Shown: one piece after another, positions 18,517-27,196 of the stretch
Layout of the letters: each line of letters starts with the position of its first letter
How positions within the stretch are numbered: position 1 is the first letter of the stretch
DNA from: Corynebacterium glutamicum ATCC 13032
GTDB taxonomy: Bacteria > Actinomycetota > Actinomycetes > Mycobacteriales > Mycobacteriaceae
Reading direction: 5' to 3'
NCBI RefSeq assembly: GCF_000011325.1
Contig: NC_003450.3
Location: forward strand, 2,310,001-2,342,000
Length of the DNA: 32,000 bases
Program-made: the position numbers and the translations under genes
Notes under the pieces: generated by a model
What the model was told of the DNA's origin: nothing
What the model saw: only the letters and a program-made list of their open reading frames with translations
The model's database searches: none

Positions 18517-20439
18517 ATGTGCGGCCTTCTTGGCATATTGACTGCAAATGGGAACGCTGAAGCATTCGTTCCTGCACTCGAGCGGGCCTTGCCATGCATG
18601 CGCCACCGTGGTCCTGACGATGCCGGCACTTGGCATGACGCCGATGCAGCGTTTGGATTCAACCGCCTCTCCATCATTGATATTGCACACTCCCACCAAC
18701 CACTGCGTTGGGGACCTGCGGATGAACCCGACCGCTACGCAATGACTTTCAACGGTGAGATCTACAACTACGTTGAGCTGCGTAAAGAGCTCTCGGATTT
18801 GGGATATGCCTTTAATACTTCTGGCGATGGCGAGCCAATTGTTGTCGGTTTCCACCACTGGGGCGAGTCCGTGGTCGAGCATCTCCGCGGAATGTTCGGC
18901 ATTGCCATTTGGGATACAAAGGAAAAGTCGCTTTTCCTTGCGCGTGATCAGTTCGGCATTAAGCCACTGTTCTACGCAACCACCGAGCATGGCACCGTGT
19001 TCTCCTCAGAGAAGAAGACCATCTTGGAGATGGCCGAGGAGATGAATCTAGATCTGGGCCTTGATAAGCGCACCATTGAGCACTACGTGGACTTGCAGTA
19101 CGTGCCCGAGCCAGATACCCTTCACGCGCAGATTTCCCGCTTGGAGTCAGGCTGCACCGCAACAGTTCGTCCGGGCGGCAAGCTGGAACAGAAGCGTTAC
19201 TTCAAGCCTCAGTTCCCAGTACAGAAGGTCGTAAAGGGTAAGGAGCAGGACCTCTTCGATCGCATTGCCCAGGTGTTGGAGGATAGCGTCGAAAAGCATA
19301 TGCGTGCCGACGTGACCGTAGGCTCGTTCCTTTCCGGCGGCATTGACTCAACCGCAATTGCGGCGCTTGCAAAGCGCCACAACCCTGACCTGCTCACCTT
19401 CACCACCGGTTTCGAGCGTGAAGGCTACTCGGAGGTCGATGTGGCTGCGGAGTCCGCCGCTGCGATTGGCGCTGAGCACATCGTGAAGATTGTCTCGCCT
19501 GAGGAATACGCCAACGCGATTCCTAAGATCATGTGGTACTTGGATGATCCTGTAGCTGACCCATCATTGGTCCCGCTGTACTTCGTGGCAGCGGAAGCAC
19601 GTAAGCACGTCAAGGTTGTGCTGTCTGGCGAGGGCGCAGATGAGCTGTTCGGTGGATACACCATTTACAAGGAGCCGCTATCGCTTGCTCCATTTGAGAA
19701 GATCCCTTCCCCACTACGTAAAGGCCTGGGAAAGCTCAGCAAGGTTCTGCCAGACGGCATGAAGGGCAAGTCCCTTCTTGAGCGTGGCTCCATGACCATG
19801 GAAGAGCGCTACTACGGCAACGCTCGCTCCTTCAATTTCGAGCAGATGCAACGCGTTATTCCATGGGCAAAGCGCGAATGGGACCACCGCGAAGTCACTG
19901 CGCCGATCTACGCACAGTCCCGCAACTTTGATCCAGTAGCCCGCATGCAACACCTGGATCTGTTCACCTGGATGCGCGGCGACATCCTGGTCAAGGCTGA
20001 CAAGATCAACATGGCGAACTCCCTTGAGCTGCGAGTTCCATTCTTGGATAAGGAAGTTTTCAAGGTTGCAGAGACCATTCCTTACGACCTGAAGATTGCC
20101 AACGGTACCACCAAGTACGCGCTGCGCAGGGCACTCGAGCAGATTGTTCCGCCTCACGTTTTGCACCGCAAGAAGCTGGGCTTCCCTGTTCCCATGCGCC
20201 ACTGGCTTGCCGGCGATGAGCTGTTCGGTTGGGCGCAGGACACCATCAAGGAATCCGGTACTGAAGATATCTTCAACAAGCAGGCTGTGCTGGATATGCT
20301 GAACGAGCACCGCGATGGCGTGTCAGATCATTCCCGTCGACTGTGGACTGTTCTGTCATTTATGGTGTGGCACGGCATTTTTGTGGAAAACCGCATTGAT
20401 CCACAGATTGAGGACCGCTCCTACCCAGTCGAGCTTTAA
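18517..20439 (+). CDS. ltsA: Glutamine-dependent amidotransferase of the asparagine synthase B family (LtsA; peptidoglycan meso-DAP amidation)
   Basis: 640 aa. Carries the Ntn catalytic Cys2 (MCGLLG) and the PP-loop SGGIDS. CAGGAGG lies 11 nt upstream of the ATG. Confidence 0.9.
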   Translation: MCGLLGILTANGNAEAFVPALERALPCMRHRGPDDAGTWHDADAAFGFNRLSIIDIAHSHQPLRWGPADEPDRYAMTFNGEIYNYVELRKELSDLGYAFNTSGDGEPIVVGFHHWGESVVEHLRGMFGIAIWDTKEKSLFLARDQFGIKPLFYATTEHGTVFSSEKKTILEMAEEMNLDLGLDKRTIEHYVDLQYVPEPDTLHAQISRLESGCTATVRPGGKLEQKRYFKPQFPVQKVVKGKEQDLFDRIAQVLEDSVEKHMRADVTVGSFLSGGIDSTAIAALAKRHNPDLLTFTTGFEREGYSEVDVAAESAAAIGAEHIVKIVSPEEYANAIPKIMWYLDDPVADPSLVPLYFVAAEARKHVKVVLSGEGADELFGGYTIYKEPLSLAPFEKIPSPLRKGLGKLSKVLPDGMKGKSLLERGSMTMEERYYGNARSFNFEQMQRVIPWAKREWDHREVTAPIYAQSRNFDPVARMQHLDLFTWMRGDILVKADKINMANSLELRVPFLDKEVFKVAETIPYDLKIANGTTKYALRRALEQIVPPHVLHRKKLGFPVPMRHWLAGDELFGWAQDTIKESGTEDIFNKQAVLDMLNEHRDGVSDHSRRLWTVLSFMVWHGIFVENRIDPQIEDRSYPVEL

Positions 20440-20451
20440 GTCTTAAAGCCT

Positions 20452-20480
20452 AAACCCCCTCCTTCTCAAGGAGGGGGTTT
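20452..20480 (+). terminator. Rho-independent terminator after ltsA
   Basis: Perfect 12-bp inverted repeat AAACCCCCTCCT / AGGAGGGGGTTT with a 5-nt loop, 12 nt after the stop codon. Confidence 0.7.
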
Positions 20481-20524
20481 CACTATTTCCTGAGGACAAA
20501 GCAATTACGCCAGCAAACACAAAA

Positions 20525-20557
20525 GCTCGGCCGTAAACAATGCGTCCAGGGCCGAGC
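20525..20557 (-). terminator. Candidate terminator after the Fe-S carrier gene
   Basis: The stem is GCTCGGCC (20525-20532) / GGCCGAGC (20550-20557) with a 17-nt loop. On the minus strand it is followed by TTTTGTGTTT. Confidence 0.45.
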
Positions 20558-20583
20558 CTTTATTCCTACATAACGGAATCTCT

Positions 20584-20928
20584 TTAGTTGAAGGAGTCAC
20601 CACAAGCGCAAGAGCTGCCTGCGTTTGGGTTGTCGATGGTGAAGCCCTGCTGCTCGATGGTGTCAGCGAAGTCGATCTGAGCGCCGAGCAAGTATGGGGT
20701 GCTCATCTTGTCAACGACAAGGCGAACGCCACCGACGATGTCTTCCTTATCGCCATCAAGGGTGCGGTCGTCGAAGTAAAGCTGGTAACGAAGGCCAGAG
20801 CAGCCGCCAGGCTGAACGGCGATACGCAGAGAGAGGTCGTCGCGGCCTTCCTGATCGATGAGTGCCTTAGCTTTGGACGCTGCGGACTCGGTCAAGATAA
20901 CACCGGTGTTGGTTGATGGAGCGGTCAT
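20584..20928 (-). CDS. A-type iron-sulfur cluster carrier (HesB/IscA/ErpA family)
   Basis: 114 aa. One Cys lies in GGCSG and there is a C-terminal CACGDSF motif. AAGGAG lies upstream of the ATG. Confidence 0.85.
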   Translation of the reverse strand: MTAPSTNTGVILTESAASKAKALIDQEGRDDLSLRIAVQPGGCSGLRYQLYFDDRTLDGDKEDIVGGVRLVVDKMSTPYLLGAQIDFADTIEQQGFTIDNPNAGSSCACGDSFN

Positions 20929-21170
20929 CGCTTTAGTCTCCTTAACTGTTGGCCCTTTGAATTACTTTTAGGCCGGGACATCATAGGCTTGCAGTGTACT
21001 CCCCTTTTTACGGATCTCCGGCGAGTGATGCTGGATTACGTTCATATGGGAAGCGGATGGGTGTTCCCCAGCCTACTCACCGTCCACAGATGAGTAAACC
21101 CGGAAAAACCCGTATTTAGTTATTGGTTTTACCTGCGTGGGCTGAAAGTCTTCACTTTTAATCCTTACAG

Positions 21171-21971
21171 ATGGTCGTTCTGATTCCTTTCAACGATGAA
21201 GTGTGCACCCCTATTCCCGATTTGGGAGGTTTTCCTTGTAGCCTATTGAGTGTGAAACTTCCTTGGGATAAAAATAAGAACAACGAAGGGGCTGACGCTG
21301 CAGGCCAAGACGCCAGCTCCACCCCTGAGACCGCTACGCCTGACGCTACTGAGCAGAAATTGCCAAAGGGGCACACGGCACCGAAGGGCCGTCCCACTCC
21401 GAAGCGTCGTGAAGTTGAGTTAGAGCGAGGTGTCGTTGGCGGCCAGTCTTTGGCGCCTACTGATACTTATGCGCAGCAGCGCCAGAAGCGTAAAGAATTT
21501 AAAGCTTCTATGACCAAGGAAGAATTCAAGGCATACAAGCAGAAAGAGCGCGATGCCCGAGTTAAGCGTCAGCGCGAAACCCAAGCTGCAATGGATCGCG
21601 GCGAAGATGCTTATTTGATGGATCGCGATAAGGGCGAGGTTCGCCGTTTTGCGCGTGACTGGGTGGATTCCCGCAGGTTCTTGTCTAACTTTGTGATGCC
21701 AGTAGCTATTGCTTTGCTGGTTGTCATGCTGATCGGTAACTTCAACCCATCATTCGCTGCGACTTCTTCCATGGTTGCCATGGTTTTGATGTTGGGCTTC
21801 CTGATTGAGGGCATCACCACTGGTCGTCGTGTGAACAAGGCTGCTCGCACGAGGTTCCCTGGTACCACCGAGACTGGTTTTGGTCTGGGTTACTACGCGT
21901 ATTCCCGCACCATTCAGCCTCGTAAGTGGCGTACCCCTCGTGCACGCGTTGAAATTGGTGCTGAAGTCTAG
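21171..21971 (+). CDS. Conserved actinobacterial membrane protein (DUF3043-like): basic N-terminal region plus two C-terminal helices
   Basis: The ORF has a Lys/Arg/Glu-rich N-terminal half and two hydrophobic helices. Its stop is 3 nt before the cobU ATG. The start is uncertain: ATG 21171, or GTG 21252 giving 239 aa. The family call is from memory of Rv2206-type proteins. Confidence 0.6.
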   Translation: MVVLIPFNDEVCTPIPDLGGFPCSLLSVKLPWDKNKNNEGADAAGQDASSTPETATPDATEQKLPKGHTAPKGRPTPKRREVELERGVVGGQSLAPTDTYAQQRQKRKEFKASMTKEEFKAYKQKERDARVKRQRETQAAMDRGEDAYLMDRDKGEVRRFARDWVDSRRFLSNFVMPVAIALLVVMLIGNFNPSFAATSSMVAMVLMLGFLIEGITTGRRVNKAARTRFPGTTETGFGLGYYAYSRTIQPRKWRTPRARVEIGAEV

Positions 21972-21974
21972 CGC

Positions 21975-22499
21975 ATGCGCACGTTAGTTCTTGGCGGGGC
22001 CAGGTCTGGTAAGTCTGCTTTTGCAGAATCACTTGTTGGATCTGGTCCCGTTTTGTATGTCGCAACGGCAAGGCCTTCGGGAGATGATCCTGAATTCGCC
22101 GAGCGCATTGCGGTTCATGCGGAGCGGCGCCCAACGTCTTGGGTGTTGGACGAGGAGGGGGACGTCGATAAGCTTCTTGCCTCGCCACCGGCCATGCCGG
22201 TGCTCGTTGATGACCTGGGCACCTGGCTCACGCACGCCACCGATGCGTGCGACGGTTGGGAGGCGAGTTCGGCGCAGCTTGAGGCCAAGATGGATTTGCT
22301 TATCGACGCCATCCTCCACTTTCAGGGCGAAGATCTGGTAATTGTTTCACCTGAAGTTGGTATGGGAATCGTCCCGGAATATAAATCTGGGCGCCTTTTT
22401 CGTGATCGCATCGGCACACTTAATCAGCGTGTCGCAGCGATTTGCGAGAGGGTTGTCTTCGTGGTTGCTGGTCTGCCACTAGAGTTGAAAACGTTTTAA
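21975..22499 (+). CDS. cobU: Adenosylcobinamide kinase / adenosylcobinamide-phosphate guanylyltransferase
   Basis: 174 aa. Carries an N-terminal P-loop GGARSGKS. Size and layout are CobU/CobP-like. Confidence 0.85.
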   Translation: MRTLVLGGARSGKSAFAESLVGSGPVLYVATARPSGDDPEFAERIAVHAERRPTSWVLDEEGDVDKLLASPPAMPVLVDDLGTWLTHATDACDGWEASSAQLEAKMDLLIDAILHFQGEDLVIVSPEVGMGIVPEYKSGRLFRDRIGTLNQRVAAICERVVFVVAGLPLELKTF

Positions 22500-22527
22500 G
22501 AAAACAGTCGGTTTGAAGGAGTTGTTA

Positions 22528-23604
22528 ATGGTTCCAGCAGAGCTTTTTGCGCGTGTGGAATTTCCGGATCATAAAATCCTGGCTCAGACGAAGGATTTCC
22601 ATGACTCCCTCACCAAGCCACCCGGATCTTTGGGCAAGTTGGAGCAGATCGGCTGTTTCATTTCCGCATGCCAGGGCCAGATTCCGCCACGTCCACTCAA
22701 CAACTCAAAGATCGTTGTTTTCGCTGGCGATCACGGCGTTGCAACTAAAGGCGTGTCCGCGTACCCATCCTCAGTAAGCTTGCAGATGGCTGAAAACATT
22801 ACAAACGGTGGCGCCGCCATCAACGTGATTGCACGCACCACCGGCACGTCCGTCCGACTTATTGATACCTCCCTCGACCACGAAGCATGGGGCGACGAGC
22901 GCGTATCTAGGTCCTGCGGATCCATCGATGTTGAAGACGCCATGACCCAAGAACAGGTCGAACGCGCACTGAAGATCGGTAAGCGCATTGCGGATCAAGA
23001 AGTGGACGCAGGCGCCGACATTTTAATCCCCGGCGATTTAGGAATTGGCAACACCACCACCGCCGCTGCCCTCGTTGGAACGTTCACCCTCGCAGAGCCT
23101 GTTGTTGTCGTAGGCCGCGGCACCGGAATCGACGATGAAGCCTGGAAACTCAAAGTCTCCGCGATCCGCGACGCCATGTTCCGCGCCCGCGACCTGCGCC
23201 AAGACCCCATCGCCATCGCCCGGAAAATCTCTTCCCCAGACCTTGCAGCCATGGCAGCATTCATTGCCCAAGCAGCAGTTCGACGCACCCCCGTGCTTCT
23301 CGACGGCGTTGTAGTCACCGCCGCAGCCCTCCTAGCCAACAAACTGGCCCCAGGTGCCAGGCGTTGGTTCATCGCAGGACACCGCTCCACCGAACCAGCG
23401 CATTCCGTAGCTCTAAACGCACTGGCCCTTGATCCCATCCTGGAACTTGGAATGTCCCTTGGCGAAGGCTCCGGCGCAGCCACCGCACTCCCCCTGGTCA
23501 AGATTGCCGTTGACCTGATGAACGACATGTCGACATTTTCTTCCGCCGGCGTCGATGGACCCCTAAACGCCTCTTCCGAAGCGCCCGAGCAAAACACGGA
23601 GTAA
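22528..23604 (+). CDS. cobT: Nicotinate-nucleotide:dimethylbenzimidazole phosphoribosyltransferase
   Basis: Carries the CobT signature region GDLGIGNTTTAAAL. ATG 22528 is preferred as the start, with AAGGAG 6 nt upstream. The track start is TTG 22513. Confidence 0.9.
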   Translation: MVPAELFARVEFPDHKILAQTKDFHDSLTKPPGSLGKLEQIGCFISACQGQIPPRPLNNSKIVVFAGDHGVATKGVSAYPSSVSLQMAENITNGGAAINVIARTTGTSVRLIDTSLDHEAWGDERVSRSCGSIDVEDAMTQEQVERALKIGKRIADQEVDAGADILIPGDLGIGNTTTAAALVGTFTLAEPVVVVGRGTGIDDEAWKLKVSAIRDAMFRARDLRQDPIAIARKISSPDLAAMAAFIAQAAVRRTPVLLDGVVVTAAALLANKLAPGARRWFIAGHRSTEPAHSVALNALALDPILELGMSLGEGSGAATALPLVKIAVDLMNDMSTFSSAGVDGPLNASSEAPEQNTE

Positions 23605-23615
23605 CTTTCTAAGCG

Positions 23616-24539
23616 ATGTCCGGCAAAGCAGGCTTTACCCCCGAAGATCCCGAAGACTCAGACAACCGCCACGGGAACCCCCTTTTCGAAGGTATCTTTA
23701 CCGCACTTAATTGGATGACCGTTCTCCCCGTCCCCGGCGCATCAGTTTTTGATCGCACCACGGGCGCCCGGGTAATGGCCTCTTTGCCCTTTGTTGGCTT
23801 CGTTTTCGGAATGTTCACCGCGATCATCATGTGGGCTATCGGCCCCATTTCAGGGGTGATCCACGTCGATGGACTTTTAGTTGCCGTTCTGATCGTCGCG
23901 TTCTGGGAACTTCTTAATCGGTTTATGCACCTCGACGGCCTCGCAGATGTCTCCGATGCTTTGGGTTCCTACGCAGCCCCACCACGCGCACGAGAAATCC
24001 TTGCCGATCCCCGCACCGGACTTTTCGGCCTCGCCACCGCCATGCTTTCCGTTCTCCTGCAGGTCGCTGCAGTCGCATCGCTTGTCGATTCAACCGTGTG
24101 GTGGATGATCTGCTTCATCCCCGTTCTCGGCCGCATCGCTGGACAAGTAACCGCACTGAAAAACCACAACGCCTTCTCCCCCACCGGCTTTGGCGCACTA
24201 GTCATCGGAACGGTGAAATTTTGGTGGATCGCGCTGTGGCTCTTGGTTACTGCTGCGTTGGCTTTTTGGTGCGCAGAATTAATTTCTCCACTTTCACCGC
24301 TGACCAGTGTTAACACTCCCTTTGTCGCTGGACCTTTCCCCGCTGCAATCAACCCCGCCTGGCTTGGAGGCTGGGTTGCGATAACCGCAGTCGTGGCATG
24401 TGTTTTCGCAGCACTTTTCAGCCGCCGCTTATCACGAAGTTTCGGTGGACTCAACGGAGACTGCATCGGCGCATGCATTCATCTCGGGGCGTCGATTTCT
24501 GCAGTGATGTTTGCTGTTGTCGCCAATGCAATGGTGTAA
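23616..24539 (+). CDS. cobS: Adenosylcobinamide-GDP ribazoletransferase (cobalamin 5'-phosphate synthase)
   Basis: 307 aa, polytopic. Its position after cobT fits a CobS/CobV-like membrane protein. The N-terminal extension is acidic. Confidence 0.8.
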   Translation: MSGKAGFTPEDPEDSDNRHGNPLFEGIFTALNWMTVLPVPGASVFDRTTGARVMASLPFVGFVFGMFTAIIMWAIGPISGVIHVDGLLVAVLIVAFWELLNRFMHLDGLADVSDALGSYAAPPRAREILADPRTGLFGLATAMLSVLLQVAAVASLVDSTVWWMICFIPVLGRIAGQVTALKNHNAFSPTGFGALVIGTVKFWWIALWLLVTAALAFWCAELISPLSPLTSVNTPFVAGPFPAAINPAWLGGWVAITAVVACVFAALFSRRLSRSFGGLNGDCIGACIHLGASISAVMFAVVANAMV

Positions 24540-24725
24540 AGCGGTGGCGTCTTTTGGGAATGGGTGGATTTCATGACATCTCCCTGGGTCGATTTAGGCC
24601 GTGCCAGTTTGTCCCAGGTGTATTCCCTTAGCTTTAGCTTTGTTGGTCGCTTAGACGCCATTCTGAGAGGCCTACTTTTACCAGTCCTCGCGTGAAAAGT
24701 GAGTTGTTTCCGAAGCAACCAAACT

Positions 24726-24847
24726 GGCGTGCCAAGACTTCGGAAATTCCGACTTTTCTGTCACGTGTGTCTGGTATCGCCCCCTCAAAACCGGACAGGC
24801 GTGCCAAAACTTCCAACTTTTCGCCAATCTTGTCACGTGTGTCTGGT
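24726..24847. repeat. Two copies of a 50-bp bipartite direct repeat (period 72 bp) in the cobS/SDR spacer
   Basis: Copy 1 (24726-24775) is GGCGTGCCAAgACTTC...GTCACGTGTGTCTGGT. Copy 2 (24798-24847) is GGCGTGCCAAaACTTC...GTCACGTGTGTCTGGT. The flanks are conserved (15 of 16 nt on the left, 16 of 16 nt on the right). The centres are diverged but of equal length. Confidence 0.7.
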
Positions 24848-25025
24848 TTGGCTTGAGCCGACCATCGGAACCGACCAGGCCCCACCCAAACCGACCAACA
24901 CCCACCAACTCAGACCGATATGCGCCCCGACCGCGCCCCACCTTTAAGCCGCTCAAACAACAATCCCCCTGCCCCATCACCCAATCAAGGATGCGGAACA
25001 AAAGGATTTCAAAAGAGTGCGGGTT

Positions 25026-25742
25026 TTAGACCTGATCGCGAGGTGTAATACGCATGCGGTCAATGTTCATGTGCTTTGGAAGGCTCGCGACCCAACGCAC
25101 AGACTCTGCGATGTCTTCAGCGGTGAGGTTGAGGACGTCGTCATAGACTGCTTCTGCGCGTTCTTTATCTCCGCCGAAACGAACGAGGGAGAATTCTTCC
25201 GTGGCAACTCGACCTGGATCGATCTCAGATACGCGAAGGGTCTGCTGGTGGGTTTCCAAGCGAAGCACACGGTTGAATGCTGCTACACCGAATTTTGCTG
25301 CGTTGTATCCAGCTCCGCCAATGTAGGGGTTTTCTCCTGCAATGGAACCAATGTTGATCACGTGACCGTCACGTGCGATGAGGCCGTCCATGAGGGCTTT
25401 GGTGACGCGCAAAGTGCCCAGCACGTTGGTTTCGTACATCCAGGTCCAATCATCAATGTTGGCGTCATGGATGCTGTCTAGGCCTTTGGCACCGCCTGCG
25501 TTGTTGACCAACAGATCGACTTCCCCAACGGTGACTGAAAATGCGTTGACTGATTCTTGGTCAGTGACATCGAGTGCCACTGCAGTTCCGCCGATTTCCT
25601 GAGCGAGTGCTTCCAAGCGCTCGAGGCGACGTGCTGCCACAATTACTTTCCAACCGTCAGCTGCCAATGCTCGAGCTGAAGCTGCGCCAATTCCGCTTGA
25701 TCCACCAGTTACGACCGCAACTTTTTGCCCATTTTCAGCCAC
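25026..25742 (-). CDS. Short-chain dehydrogenase/reductase (classical SDR)
   Basis: Carries TGGSSGIG, NNAG and the YxxxK motif (YNAAK). The start is set at GTG 25742 (VAENGQKVAVVTGG), with AAGGAG 6 nt upstream. The track ORF extends to 25805. Confidence 0.8.
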   Translation of the reverse strand: MAENGQKVAVVTGGSSGIGAASARALAADGWKVIVAARRLERLEALAQEIGGTAVALDVTDQESVNAFSVTVGEVDLLVNNAGGAKGLDSIHDANIDDWTWMYETNVLGTLRVTKALMDGLIARDGHVINIGSIAGENPYIGGAGYNAAKFGVAAFNRVLRLETHQQTLRVSEIDPGRVATEEFSLVRFGGDKERAEAVYDDVLNLTAEDIAESVRWVASLPKHMNIDRMRITPRDQV

Positions 25743-25851
25743 TGCATTCTCCTTAAAGTCACCTACGTTTTGTACAGAAACCAGCATGCCACTTGGGCTG
25801 GACACGTCCTACCCCTGCTTCCACCCCCTACGTCTCATAAGAGCTTGTCAA

Positions 25852-25895
25852 CGCAAAAACCCCGCTGCAATAAATCAGGGTTTAATGCAGCGGGG
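25852..25895 (-). terminator. Rho-independent terminator after ilvE
   Basis: 10-bp inverted repeat CCCCGCTGCA (25860-25869) / TGCAGCGGGG (25886-25895). On the minus strand it is followed by TTTTTGCGTT. Confidence 0.75.
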
Positions 25896-25912
25896 TCTTA
25901 AAACCGGTTGAT

Positions 25913-27016
25913 TTAGCCAACCAGTGGGTAAAGCCATCCGTTTTGGTCTTCAACGTTTCCTTGCTGAATTCCGGTGAGGGTTTCACGAAGCTTCATCGTG
26001 ATTTCTCCGACTTCATTGTTGTTCACTTCGAAGGTGCCGTGAGCTGATTTCACGGTGCCAACAGGGGTGATAACAGCTGCAGTACCGCAAGCAAATGCCT
26101 CGGTCATGGCGCCAGACTTTGCGTCTTCTTCCCACTCGGTGGTGGTGATCTTTCGCTCTTCTACTTCGTATCCCAAGTCGCGTGCTACTTGTAGAAGTGA
26201 CTTGCGGGTGATGCCTGGAAGTAGTGAGCCGGAAAGTTCAGGGGTGACTAGCTTGACTTGGTCGCCGTTGCGGTAGATGAACCCAAGGTTCATGCCACCC
26301 ATTTCTTCGATGTACTTGTGCTCGATGGCATCCAACCATACGACCTGGTCACAGCCCTTTTCCGCAGCCTGGGACTGGGCAAGCAAAGAAGCCGCGTAGT
26401 TGCCAGCAAATTTGGCGTCACCAGTTCCGCCGGGTGCAGCGCGGACGTAATCTTCGCTCAGCCAGACGGAAACAGGCTTGATTCCACCGGTGAAGTAAGC
26501 GCCGACTGGGGATGCGATGACCAGGAACTTGTAGGCATCAGCTGGGCTGACACCCAAGCCAATTTCGGTGGAGATCATGAATGGGCGCAGGTAGAGGGAA
26601 GCTTCTCCGCCGTACTCAGGAACCCAATCCTGATCCGCGTCTACCAGCAGTTCAAGTGCTTTAATAAAGTCCTCGGTTGGCAACTGTGGCATTGCCATTC
26701 GAGCTGCTGAACGCTGCATACGCTCGGCGTTTTCATCAGGACGGAAAGTCTTGATGGTTTCGTCCGAATGGCGGTAGGCCTTAATTCCCTCAAAAATTGC
26801 CTGTCCGTAGTGGAATACGGTGGTGGCAGGATCCATAGGAATCGGCGCGTATGGCACTAATTGGGCGTTGTGCCAGCCTTCCGACTCGTTCCAGTCAATG
26901 GTCACCATGTGGTCGGTGAAGAACTTACCGAACTTCGGTGCGGCAAGAATTTCCTTCAGACGATCGGGTGACGTCGGATTTTCGGTACGGGTTACTGTGA
27001 ACTCTAATGACGTCAT
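25913..27016 (-). CDS. ilvE: Branched-chain amino acid aminotransferase (fold type IV PLP enzyme)
   Basis: The sequence is clearly BCAT-like (FTDHMV, FEGIKAY, GGTGDAKFAGNYA, GITR). The start is set at ATG 27016 (MTSLEFTV...). The track ORF begins at GTG 27052. Neither candidate has a strong SD. Confidence 0.88.
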   Translation of the reverse strand: MTSLEFTVTRTENPTSPDRLKEILAAPKFGKFFTDHMVTIDWNESEGWHNAQLVPYAPIPMDPATTVFHYGQAIFEGIKAYRHSDETIKTFRPDENAERMQRSAARMAMPQLPTEDFIKALELLVDADQDWVPEYGGEASLYLRPFMISTEIGLGVSPADAYKFLVIASPVGAYFTGGIKPVSVWLSEDYVRAAPGGTGDAKFAGNYAASLLAQSQAAEKGCDQVVWLDAIEHKYIEEMGGMNLGFIYRNGDQVKLVTPELSGSLLPGITRKSLLQVARDLGYEVEERKITTTEWEEDAKSGAMTEAFACGTAAVITPVGTVKSAHGTFEVNNNEVGEITMKLRETLTGIQQGNVEDQNGWLYPLVG

Positions 27017-27196
27017 GGATTTTAAGGTACACCTGCTACCTGACAGATACACTAGTCAGCCCCATTTTATGGGATGAATAGCCAATTTCGTCTCACGGTT
27101 TTGAGGAATGGCTAGGCTTGTTAAAAGTTAGTTTCAATTTGATGCCTCCCCCAACCAAAGCGGAGACACAACTTCAACGAGAGGACTCAGCTTTCA

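Noticed and set aside
19714-20310. 198-aa antisense ORF opposite ltsA
   Set aside because: It is nested in a gene with clear Ntn-amidotransferase and PP-loop motifs, and it has no independent translation signals.
20981-21170. Possible cobalamin riboswitch upstream of the DUF3043-cobUTS unit
   Set aside because: GGGAAGCGGAUGGGUG and a downstream ACCUGC superficially recall B12-element blocks. I could not find the GCCACUG core or a proper B12 box (AGYCMGGAGACCKGCC), and GGGAA...UUCCC simply forms a local hairpin. A cmsearch with RF00174 would settle it; I expect no hit.
22995-24478. Long antisense ORFs opposite cobT (200 aa, 22995-23597) and cobS (169 aa, 23969-24478)
   Set aside because: These are Ala/Arg/Ser/Pro-rich products typical of antisense frames of GC-rich genes. 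The sense frames have clear CobT and CobS character.
24726-24847. Possible CRISPR array, given direct repeats separated by a spacer
   Set aside because: There are only two units (perhaps a degenerate third). The repeats are 50 bp with a variable core rather than conserved 28-37-bp repeats with unique spacers. There are no cas genes anywhere in the window.
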